Below are positions 37,068-49,000 of a stretch of 64,000 nt of DNA, piece by piece. Numbering within the stretch: the first letter of the stretch is position 1; every line of letters starts with the position of its first letter. Source of the stretch: Dimorphilus gyrociliatus. Taxonomy: Eukaryota; Animalia; Annelida. The translations under genes were made by a program, and so were the position numbers. The notes beneath the pieces were generated by a model, which did not search any database, was not told where the DNA came from, and saw only the letters and a program-made list of their open reading frames with translations. The stretch lies in contig CAJFCJ010000006.1 in NCBI GenBank assembly GCA_904063045.1, positions 1,461,745 through 1,525,744 on the forward strand, read 5' to 3'.

Positions 37068-38641
37068 ATGAATAGAAGTGGAAATGAAACTAATTTGACA
37101 GATAGATCACTTCTTCCAAGAGAATTATTCTTTAACTCGGATAGTGCCGTCAGTATAATCGCTTATTCTTGCCTCTTCGTTGTCGCTGTTGTTGGAAATT
37201 TAACAGTATTTTGGACGCTGATACGGAAAAACAGGCGCAAGAAATCTCGTTTAAACCTCTTCATTCTACATTTGTGTATAGCAGATATGACTGTCACTTT
37301 CGTAATGATGCCTTTGGAAATAAGTTGGCATGCCACGGTTAGTTGGAAAGCCGGCGATATCGCATGCCGTATATTTATGTTTTTTCGAATATTTGGATTT
37401 TATCTCTCCAGTTTTATATTAGTAATAATCTCTTTGGATCGTTATTTTGCCATCGCTCAGCCTCTTAGAATACATGACGGACATAGTCGAAGTAAAATAT
37501 TATTATCATTTGCATGGGCTCTAAGTATTCTGGCTAGCTTTCCGCAAAGCATTATATTTCACACCGAGGAACATCCTGACCTGAAAGGTTATAAACAATG
37601 TGTAACATACAATTTCTATCCAACCAAATCTCATGAATTGGCTTACAATGTCTTCAACTACATTTTAATATATTTACTGCCATTATTGGTTATTGTTGCG
37701 TCGTACTCCTTAATAATTCTACATATATCAAGAAGAGCAAATGGAATAAATGTACAAGGTGCGGGTCAACAGCAAATTAGAAAGGCGAAAACAAAAACTC
37801 TAAAGTTAACAGTTGTTATTGGTAAGTGTATTCGTATTTTTTCCCCTTCTCTATGTTTTCTATTTCGCACTAGGCACTGCTTTGCCACCTTCAACCTTCT
37901 GATTCCCCTTTCCATTGCACCCTAACAATCAATTTTACAGTTAAACAACTCGCAATAATTTATACTTGTTTTACTATAAAAATTTCTTCAACTTCATGAC
38001 CAACAACTATTTAATCTTGTATTTAATTCAAAGCTACAAAGTTTTCTATAAATTTACTTTAAAAAGGAATTTCTTCCTTTCTATTTTTAATTAACAGTTT
38101 TAGCCTTCATCATTTGCTGGACTCCCTATTTCGTTATATGCGCTTGGTGGTGGGTTGATAGGTAAGTACCACTTAATCCCGTGAGGCTACGAGCATAGAA
38201 AACGATTTGTGTAAACTCTAATTGACAGGCAATCTGCAGAGAAGATCAACTTGAAACTGCAGCGTGGAATTTTCGTTTTTGCAGTGTCAAACAGTTGTGT
38301 TAACCCGATTATATACGGTGATAAATTTTTTCTTATTGATTATTTATTTAGATAATAATAAGTAATTTAAACGATAGAAGTTTTAATAAAAGCAACGAAG
38401 GATTTCTCATAATTCCTCTTTTTACTTGTATTCATAACAGATTAATTGTTTTTTTAACTTGTTGGTTACAGGCATGTTTACGAAAGCAGTTAGAAATGAG
38501 TTCAAAGGTAGGATGAGATGCTGCTTAAGAATATTTAGAAGTCGACGCCATCATAGGCAAAGTTTAACTCTAACGGCAGTTCGGAATGGTGAAATAAACA
38601 ATGTTCGAATGAGATCTCGAATACTACAAGACCACTCGTAA
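37068..38641 (+). CDS. GnRH/AKH/corazonin-superfamily peptide GPCR; exons 37068-37821, 38098-38161, 38229-38317, 38472-38641
   Basis: VGNLTV, LCIADMTVTFVMMPLEISWHATVSWKAGDIACR, ISLDRYFAI, EEHPDLKGYKQCVT, KAKTKTLKLTVVIVLAFIICWTPYF and SNSCVNPIIYG are typical of GnRH-type receptors. Confidence 0.9.
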
Positions 38642-40245
38642 TTATAATACAGAAATAACATTTTTAATCATAAGAAAATAATGAATTGTCTAAAATATAG
38701 ATGACAAAACAATGTATTTTTTCTCTAAACGCCCTCCAGTTACCTTTACTTTTACTAATATACATCTACTCTTTCTCTCTCTCGGTCTAAAAGTCAAATT
38801 TTAATCCTATTTGTACATATTTCATTAAGCTTTAGAAAATATTCCCTCTTTACTAGTTATCTGTCAAATGCATGTATTTATCTAGTCTACAAATAATTAA
38901 TATACTCATAACAGCAAGTCGACAGTAAAGGGAACACAAGATAACTGACTAAAGTGTATATGTATAAATTATATGTACGTACGTATATGTTTACTTATTT
39001 CCCTTATGACATAAGAATATAGTAACTTTCATAAGTCTTTACTTAAGAAATTCAGCTTGGTAAAGAACTTATCGGCTTTTTGTTTCTTTGAAATTTGTTT
39101 TTGACTATCTTTTGGTGAATATAATTATTCCAGCGTTCACCGTTCAATTTCTCTAGCTGCTTTTCTATCGTTCTCCTTCTCTCCTCCCTTTCCTTCTTTT
39201 CCCTGTCAAGCTATTTCTCCTTCATTTTTACTCACATTATTAAATTCGGCTAACACATCAAGCTTCTTGTGGTAATAGCCTTCAACGCTGGCTGGTTAAA
39301 AGTCATGCCCTTAGCACACACCGTCCGAAAGCGATTTTCGTAAAAAAAAAGAAATAAAGAGCTATTTCAAACTCGTTTTACATTGTTTTTACATTAAACG
39401 ACTACAATAAATATATTGCTTCCAGACAAGATGTCGAAGGCTTTCGTACTGCTTTTAATATCAATCTATTTTCCAGAGAGTTCTGTGGTCGATTGCTAGT
39501 TAGCGGTTGTGTCTTTAGATACTCCTAGCAGACTGAGATAGAGTTTGGAAAAGAAATTTTTATAAAATTCTTAGAGGACTTTAGAGAAAACTTATCATTT
39601 TCCTATAAGATCAAGATTCTTTACTTAATATTAAAAAAACAAAAATACCATATTGTGATAATGAATAAGCCTAAATTAATTAAATTACAATTAAGTGATT
39701 AAGTTAATATCTTTTTTAGCTAGGCTCACTAAGACGTTAGGTATTTTATTTACTTAGCTGTAGATACATACTCTATTGTTTTCATACAAGTAGAGAGATA
39801 GTAAGTGGCAACAAAACCATCTCATTCTCATGTTGTAGGATAAGCTGAAATCTTACTTTGACATTGTTAGGTTTTACAAATCTTTATCCTATAATTCCTG
39901 TAACCTATATAATAAATTCACATTTAAAGTCACCTTTTTTTTTCAATTTATAATTTTATTGGAAGTAAGACGTAAAACTTATTATATCTAATAGTTAATA
40001 ATCAACAACATCTATACAATGCATAGAATGTATAAACAAAGTTTGTCTTTTAAATGCATGAATAGTTTGTTTTTTTTTTTTGCAGGCCATAGAAAACGAC
40101 TATCTTTCCTAGTTATTTAAATGAAATATTTGCTGTAAAATGAAGATTGATAGCATGCAGATTTTAGAAAAATCAAGTACAATATTATTAATAATCATAG
40201 CTGTATATAAATATATCATATATACATATATATTAATATATAAAT

Positions 40246-40276
<31 letters not shown>

Positions 40277-40586
40277 ATAAAGCTATTGTTCTGTGCATGA
40301 CTTATATATATATATATAATATTACTTTACAGAAGCGACTTTGTAGTAAAAACTAAACACTGTCATTTATTTGAACACGCCTTTAAACAAGTGCCTTCCT
40401 TTTTTTTTCTCCTTTACATATTTACAGTAAACTTTTACATTGTTTCTTGTTGTATGAATAATTAAGAAATTAATTTAGTTACTAATTAACTAATTAACTT
40501 TTTTCTAATATTCCTTTGTTTTTTTTTCCTTATTATTATTATTATTACTATTATTCACACAATCATTTTCAGGATTTTATACTCTT

Positions 40587-40629
<43 letters not shown>

Positions 40630-41351
40630 CAATTATATGAATGATACAGGATAAATATTTCCTCTTATTATTACTAATAATGCCCTTTGAAGTGACGACT
40701 TTTTTCAAAACTCGGTTACTACGCAACTGAATCTGCTTGTAGCACCATATTTTTTTGTTGTTAAAATAAAAGAATAGCAAAAAATTTCACTTTAATTACA
40801 AAATTGTTTGCATGAAAATCAAACTTGCTGCAATTATATAATAAATAAGTATGTATATATATATATAGATATCAATAAATAGCATCAAACTATATTTCAG
40901 CTCTATTAATAGATCTATAAGAAGTAGAAAAAAACGGTTATTGAACAATCGTAAGGCTGAAACTGTTGGTCAAAAAAGGGACTTAAACTTTTTTGTTTTT
41001 TAAGGAACTTTAGTTTAGAGAGCACCGTATAAAAGAAAACAAAATAATTATATATACACTTATCAATACATGTATGATTTCAATACAGTGATAAAAATAA
41101 AATCATATTTTCTCTTTTGATTTCCTTTTGAATAAATATTTCATATTCGTATAGAACGTTTCATCTTTTTCCCCCTTTTTTTTCAGTTCTAAAGCTACCT
41201 CTTATCTTCTTTCCACCTCTTTTATAACTCTCTTTGTTTTTTACTTTACTTTACTTTATTCCCTCTTCAATCCTTTTTCTCCAAAAAATAGGATTTTGAC
41301 CTCTTTATTGATAAAAATAAGCAAGAATAATAACTATATTATGTATAAATA

Positions 41352-41384
<33 letters not shown>

Positions 41385-41433
41385 AATACTGTATATATGT
41401 TATACTCTTCTCATTTCTTCTCTTTAATCGTCT

Positions 41434-42723
41434 TTACAAATCGTATAAAGAACACCAAAAATTTTCACCACATTCCGAAAATGTTAGTTTATGTAAGCAT
41501 TCCCCGAATAATTTGTTTGTTATCTTTTTACATTTCTTGACTTGAATATGCAAAGATAATTGTGTCTTGTTAACTGGACTAAATACAAACATTTCGTTAA
41601 AATATGTTGTTTGTTCATTTTGTTTTTGATTGAATGTACGTCGTTTTTCCAAATGAAATTTTGTATCGTCATCTAACAGTCGAATTTGAACGAAAAATTC
41701 TGTATATGAGAAAGGAAAGGAAAAAGTAATGGGTGCAAGTTAGTTCCCAGATGCGTAATCTATGTAAATGTCATATCAAATTCGTTGAATGTTACTAACC
41801 GCTTCTCTTCCTTCTACCGAGCGTTTCCAACCTAATAACGGAAACAGTAAGCTCCTGGTCGAAAATAATGTTGATTAATAGCAAACCAGAAGGAAGCCTG
41901 CCATTTTCAAACGATTGAAAATCTATTGGAATACTAGACGATAATGAACTCTCGCTGACGTCATCGGGTACTGTAAGAAAAAGACAGTATATATTTTAGA
42001 AATAGAGAAAAGCTTCCAGAGAACTTCACTTTTAAACGTGATAAAAGAACTTACAAGGTTTTCTATTGATAAAAAAGGTGAGTGAGGCAGATAGGAGATA
42101 AATAGTGAGAGAGAGAGAGAGAGAGAGAGACGAAGAAAGAAGAATAATGATGATGACGATGAGGAGAAGTGGAGAAATTTGGAGAGAGAGAGAGAGAAAC
42201 ACACACAAACACTTATAGACATACAGAAGTTATTTTTACTGCGCGTTCAGGACTTGTAAGCTGTTTTGAAAAGCATGCAAAGTTTTAAAAAAAGCATTCT
42301 ATTATATGCATATATTATCTTTAAAATATATCAAAGAAATAAGCAAATAAACTAGATCTAAAAAGAAGATATACAGTATATACAGTAAGTTATAATTATC
42401 ATACTTTTACTTTTATAAATAAAGACTCTCATAAAATAATTGCTTTTATACTAATCATCAAAAAGACAAACATTCTGTCAATGCTACCAATTTAGGTATT
42501 TTTATGAAGAAGTCGTTATGTAAGTTTTTTTTCTATTTGCAAAATTAACTAGAAGAAAAGTATTACTTAAGATATTTCCTCAGGGCTACATCTCTCCTTT
42601 CATTTTATCCTTTTATATTATTTTTCTAGTTCTTTATTTAAGAATAGAATTTTTGTTTATAACTCTTGGACTTTTTCAAATCCAGTATTAACATTCCGTA
42701 TATACATATACTCTATACTGTAG

Positions 42724-42755
<32 letters not shown>

Positions 42756-43013
42756 TATATATTTAGATCTACAGCATTGATACAAGATTTTTGCACTCTG
42801 TTAAAATTTGGAGGCAAAATCTTTAATTTAGAAAACATGCTTTCTACTTGCTTATACAGGTGAAATATATAAAAGATTTACAAACAGAAATTCATAAAAA
42901 TTGTAAAAATAAGAAATCTTTAAGTAATTGCTTGATAACAGTAAGAATTAATCATAATAAAGAATTATCAGTGCTTAAACTTTGAGAAGAAAGAGAAAAG
43001 ACAAAGAAAAAAG

Positions 43014-43055
<42 letters not shown>

Positions 43056-46000
43056 AGGAAGGAAAGAAATTAGACATATTTATAGATGTATTATTCTATA
43101 ATTAGAAATAATTAAAATTTAAGGTAAAGACTCTTTACTTAAATACGATGGTGTATAAATATAATAGATAGAAAATATACAACTACTAATAAAAAGGTGA
43201 ATAAAGATATATAGTTAAGAAAAATTAATATACAGTATATATATATATATATGCTGTATAAAGAAGAAAAACAACAACAACGAGGTGTACCGGTTTAATG
43301 TTTTTTTTTTTGGCTTATAGGATAGTTTTGTTACTAGATTTTTATGAGGATTAACGCGCTTTGTGTGCAGTTATCATCCTTTCATCACTTTCTTCACATC
43401 TGATTAGGACAAACGTGAAGGCGTAATAGGGAAAATGGTATTATACAAAATAATATAAATACTTGTTTACATATTATATACATTATATACAAGAATTGTA
43501 AAGATTGTTTATCTTACAAAATTCTCCTTATTTATTCAAAGTTAAAGTACTATAGCCTTATTTTAATTAATAGATGATAAAATAGAGGACTTTTATTTAT
43601 ACTAACATATACTGTATATATATAGTTTATATGGAGAATACGAAATCTAGACAAACTCAAATATTGTTTGTCATATGTTTTTCTGTTAATACATAAAAGA
43701 GATAAGCACATAATAGTCAACTATGATAAATTGTAAATCTGCTATAGGGAAAGAGAAATTCTTTTAGAACTTATATTTATATATAATTCATTATAATAAT
43801 GCTTTAGCTAAACTTACAAGCAACAATTTTGTTTTTTAATCTGGTCTCGTTACTGCTTCGCCTTTGCACTAAATTAAAATTTTCTTTTAACCCTTTAAAC
43901 GGATGAACTGGGGGATAATATCAGCTCTTAATGTATCAGTAAAGGCTTCTATATGTCGTTTTTAGTTTTAACTTTATCTTGATAATCTTTTTAAAGAAAG
44001 CTAGTGTCTCTGCTTTTCCGGTATCATCTGTACAGTGGCCCTACAAGAAAATTACTCTATCCTCTTTAAAGTTTTTATCAATTATATGGCGAGTTATCGG
44101 GGTTAATAAGCATGAGTTTGTTTTAAATATAAGGAAAGAAAAAACTCATTTTTTTTTAATTTGCCTGATGATTGATGGTCAGGTGCAGCTTCTATTCATT
44201 GACTTTTGTTATTCACAATATAGGGAAATACTTTAACCTTCTTCATACCAACAGATGATATAGTTATTATGTGATAATCTCTTATATCTAATCACAAAAA
44301 CAATAATGACAAACAAAATTTCAGTATGTCTTAAATACGTTTCTTATTTATTATTAATATGTTATTTCGTCCTAGTTTTTCCCATCAAAGTTTTATTTTC
44401 TAATCATCCTATTACTTTTGTTAATTTATTTACTAACCTGACAAGGTTGGACCTAAGAAACCAGCTAAAGTCGTCCCCATCCTTTCGACGAAATTTTCTG
44501 TAAATTGATATTTAAATTAGGAATTTGCTTCATTTAATTAATAGTAGAAGGCTGTATGGTGCCACATATATTAGATACGTTTAATTTGAATTTTTTTAAT
44601 TAAGCGAAAGTTACGAAGATACATGATTGATTAAATAAAAGGGTATTATATATTTACAGTATATATATACTGTATATAACACCTATAATTATAATACTGT
44701 TGATTGTTGATTAACTTATAAGAGTTCTTACTTTCTGCGGGTTGTTGAGGGTCTGGTTTCAAGTCCTGGGGTTGAAGGGGTCTTCTACCGTGTGCAGGAC
44801 TAAAATTTGCATTTGATGGTATTGATACAGATTGAGTCGATTGGGTAGGCACCGTTGAAGCCTGAGAGGCAGCAGCAGCAGCAGCGGCGGCGGCGGCTGC
44901 AGCGGCTGCAGCGGCAGCAGCCGCTTTTGCTGCCGGAGCGTTACTGGCAAAAGCTGGATTCATAGGCGGTTGGTGACGATTTGTTCTAGAAACAAGTGTT
45001 GGAGTCGGTTTGTGAGGCTCGTGTGGCTGTTGAGATTGCTGAGGTGGAGCACCGTGTGCTGGATTGAACGTTCTCTCTTGAGATTTTGATCTTGTTAAAT
45101 GCTGTGGCATTTGGGGGGGGTTAAGACCTGGTGATCTCTCTCGAATTTGAATATCACTGCGACTCCTTTCCCTACTACGGTCTCTCATCATTCTATCATC
45201 TTCGTACCTAGACGACGTGTGATCGTGAGAGCGAGATCGTCGTTCCCGATGATCCATCGGTGCCGAAGGGGACCTACTTCTATGCGTGTTCAAGACAGGA
45301 TCTTTGTAAGGCGTATGTCTTCTAAGAGGCCTTTCTTCGTAGTAACGATCGTCGTGCTCATAATTATTATAGCGTCTACTATTATTATAATAATCATCTT
45401 CGTAGTCATGATGCTGAGTGGGTTGAGAAGGATGATTAGAATGATGCCCTTGAGAGGATCGCGGCCTTTCACGCTCTTGATAGCCATTCCGCTTTCTCGC
45501 TTTTTTCTGTTCATACTGCTCTTCTGGTACTGTTTGATAATTACGGTCGTCATAGACCGCACTTGCGTCAGATCGGCGATGATTCCTCCTCCTGTCATAA
45601 TATTCCCCTCCTTCATTATATTCATCTTCAAAATGTGTTCGCCTTCGGCTGACTTCTTCACTTCTGTGCGGTACGTTGTCGTACGTAGACTGAGATTCAA
45701 CTTTTCGAACATCCTCCTGCTTAGAATGTCGCGGAGAAGAAGTAGAATGGCTCTTGCTTCTCTTCTTTTCTTTCTTCGGCTCTGGGGGCGATGGATCCAG
45801 CGGCAAGTCATTTGGATTCTTCTTCTGTTCGTGTAGTTTGTACCAGTGGGGCTTGTTGTCCAAATAGACTTTATCTAATTATACGAAAAACATTTATTAC
45901 TGCGAAATTACGAGTAAATAAAAAATATCCCACTTGATAAAGGAAGGACAACTTCCCCAATAAAGTCGTCACTCTTAAATCGGTCGTGGTCATATACCGC

Positions 46001-49000
46001 CACCTCTAGGGTATAGCCAGCAGCTTTCGTCTTTTTTTTGTCTAAATTCATAAACATAATCGTTTGGTGCCATTGGGGATCGAGAGTCTTGGGAATTACT
46101 TTAGACTTTTGCTTGCAATCCTCTCGACTGTAATAGAAATAAGTAGTAATGAAACAGAAATAATTATAATAATTCATTTAACTCATGCTTACTCTAGACC
46201 ATAGAGCATGAACTTGACGAAAGGATCAGATAGTCCATTAGAATCTTTGCAAGGCAGTCGGCGTGCTTCTATTAAATGAATATTCAAGGTATTATCGTAA
46301 TCGTCGAAACTTAGCTGAAGACGAATATCGCCTAGATCTTGTTCCTTATCCTTCGACCTGTGAACAACTGGAGCCTGCTCCGCTTCTATATTCTTCTGTC
46401 GGGCAGCAGATATTGTTGTCGTTGAGGTTGTCGTTGTGGTTGATGTAACAGTTTTGCTGGTGTCCACATTTGTTGCAGCGACAGTATTAGACATTTCACT
46501 CTGAGTTACAGTTGTAGTCGAATTAGTTGATGTTACTGGTTCTACGTACGTGACTTTAGCGGCGGTTTCCACTTTCTTAGTTTCCGGATTGTTCATAATT
46601 TCTGATTTAGATATTGTAGATGGATTCTCTTGATTTGACACGGAGGTACTGGTGGGAGTTGAGATCTCAGATTCCTGAATTCCTCGTAGTTGAGCCGCTA
46701 ATTCATTTGGATCAATACCTTTGTCCTCGGTAATAATAAGGGTCGGTTGATTGGTTCCATTAGAATCCGAGATCGTTTCCGATTTCGCTTGATTATTGTG
46801 TTTAATAGGTCCGAATTGTTGAAGGAAATCTAAATTATCATATGACGAATGCTCGCTTTTTGAAGCGTGATGATCAACCTTTACTGTGCTGACATTGCTC
46901 CTCTTGGAACTCGTTTCGGATGACTGAATAGAACTTGCTGTAACTATAGGCACAACTGGTGTGTTCTTAATTGAACTTTTAGGCCTAATCACTAGCTCAA
47001 TTTCACCATTATCATTTAAAAGTGATATTAAGGCATGTACTTCCTCGTAGGTCTTACCCGTTAATGGAATACCATTCCATTCAAGAATCTGATCTCCCTC
47101 TTGCAATTCACCGTGGAGTTGATCAGCTGCTCCTCCTTTGTAAATAGCAGCCACATAAGCTCCAACCTGACCAGCTGGTCTACCAGATATTTGTTTACCT
47201 CCGACAATTTTCATGCCAATTCCATAGCCTTTGTTGGAACGATCCTTCGGATCTCTCATTAATAAGATTCTTTTTGTTGGGAATGGATACTGAATGCGAC
47301 CTACTGAATTGGAATATTCGAGAAGAATGGGCGGATTCGAATTCCTGAAATTGGAACGAGACTTTATTGTAGATAGACTATCGTCCGCAAAATGATCAAG
47401 AAGGTTCTCGTCTGAGTTAAATAAATCATCCATTTCGGCATAGCCGAGCAGATCTTCCCTGATATATTTATCTATTTCGTCACTCAGAGGACGGCTGCCT
47501 ATATTCCTTAGCTTGGTTCTGGATCGTTTCGTAACGTCGTCAAGAATAGGCATAGCAGGCGTAACATCAGGTGACGGTTCAGTTTCGGTGGGAATAGGTG
47601 AGAATTCCGGATAGGATTCTATTGCGACCATCTTCTTTCCCCTACCATATAAATGAGGCTGCGATTGTGAAGGAGGAAGAAAAATATCTGAGTATAAATC
47701 ATTATATAATAAGGCGTCTTCCAGTTCGCTTGCGGGTGAATGGGCCTTGTGTGCCAAATATTCACTGGCGCTATAACTTCGAGAAGTCGAAGTTCTGACT
47801 GAAGAGGCAACGTTAATTGGAGTTGGATAAGCTGCAGGCATGGCCGGACTCCCCGTCGCTGGGATTTGAGGGCAAGCTGCTAGCAGGTATTTAGAGCGAT
47901 AGTCATAATACGGATCTCGACGGCATACGTGTTGTTGATAGCGCTTCCTGATTTGATTATATTCCAAAGGATTCATACTTGCCGATTCAGTAAGACGCTT
48001 TAGCTCCATTTGTAATTGTACATTTTCATCCAATTCCCGTTTCCTCTTCTCTATTTCCAATTTAAGCAAGTGTCTTTTCTCTTCTTTTCTCCTTAAATCA
48101 TCCTCTTCTCCTATAAATGCTTTTCGGAATGGTATTGAAGTTTCCGACCGACTACTAGTCATCGGTCTGGTAAACAATGTCTGAGCATAAGTTAATCCAG
48201 TCATATCAAAGTTTAAATCACGTTGTAAAGCAGCTTCAATATCTGCATTTTCGTCAACCGGAGAGATCTTTGACATAGTTGGGTCACTACTTTGCCTTTT
48301 GTGTAAAGCTCTCCGCTCTCTAGCCGATAGATTAGCTTGATTTAGAAGGCTCAGCTGCTTTTCGCTAGGACCAAGTACTTTAGGTTGCTTTTTAGCCTCT
48401 TTGGCCTTCATATCTTCTAATTGTCTCTCTAATAGATGAATTTCAACTTGTTCATCTAGCTGCAGTCTTCTGGAAGCCGTGGCTATTTGCAGCTCTTCTT
48501 TAAGCCGCTGCTTTAGTTGTCTTACATGTAATGGCACTGTAACACCTTTTATATTTACTGTTTCAATTGTTTTCAATTCACCCGGTCTCAATTTAGGAGA
48601 TTTCCTTAATAATTCTTTAGGCGTTTCGAAATTCTCCTTTAATTTGGAATTACTTGAGTTGATTCTAATATTTTCCGCGATAGGTGGTGTCGAAATACGA
48701 CTAGAGTTTCCCGATTCGGGTGCTGGAATGTCTAAACTTTCGCTTTTTATAAGTGTTCTAGGCGATAAATCGCCCCGGCTCACTGTACTAGAAGAATCTA
48801 AGGACGTAGATCTCTTTTCCTGCCATCTTTGCCTAGATTTATGCTTTATTGATGCTACGGTGACTGGTTGAACATTTGCAGGCGTTGGAGGTAGCTTTCG
48901 GCGAGCTCTTTTTTGATTATTGCTATTCGTTTGACTGACCTGAATTTTCAGCATCGTTGGTAAAAGGGTGGATGAAAGGAAAAGAAAAAAAAGCGTTATT

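Noticed and set aside
39000-39300. Possible minus-strand coiled-coil exons (EKKEREERRRTIEKQLEK...)
   Set aside because: Joining them needs an implausible 25-nt intron or gives stops. The region may be purine-rich UTR or intergenic DNA.
45023-45836. Antisense and alternate-frame ORFs 45147-45836 (+) and 45290-45811 (-)
   Set aside because: They overlap the R/D/S-rich Piccolo-like exon, have no domain signal, and reflect codon bias.
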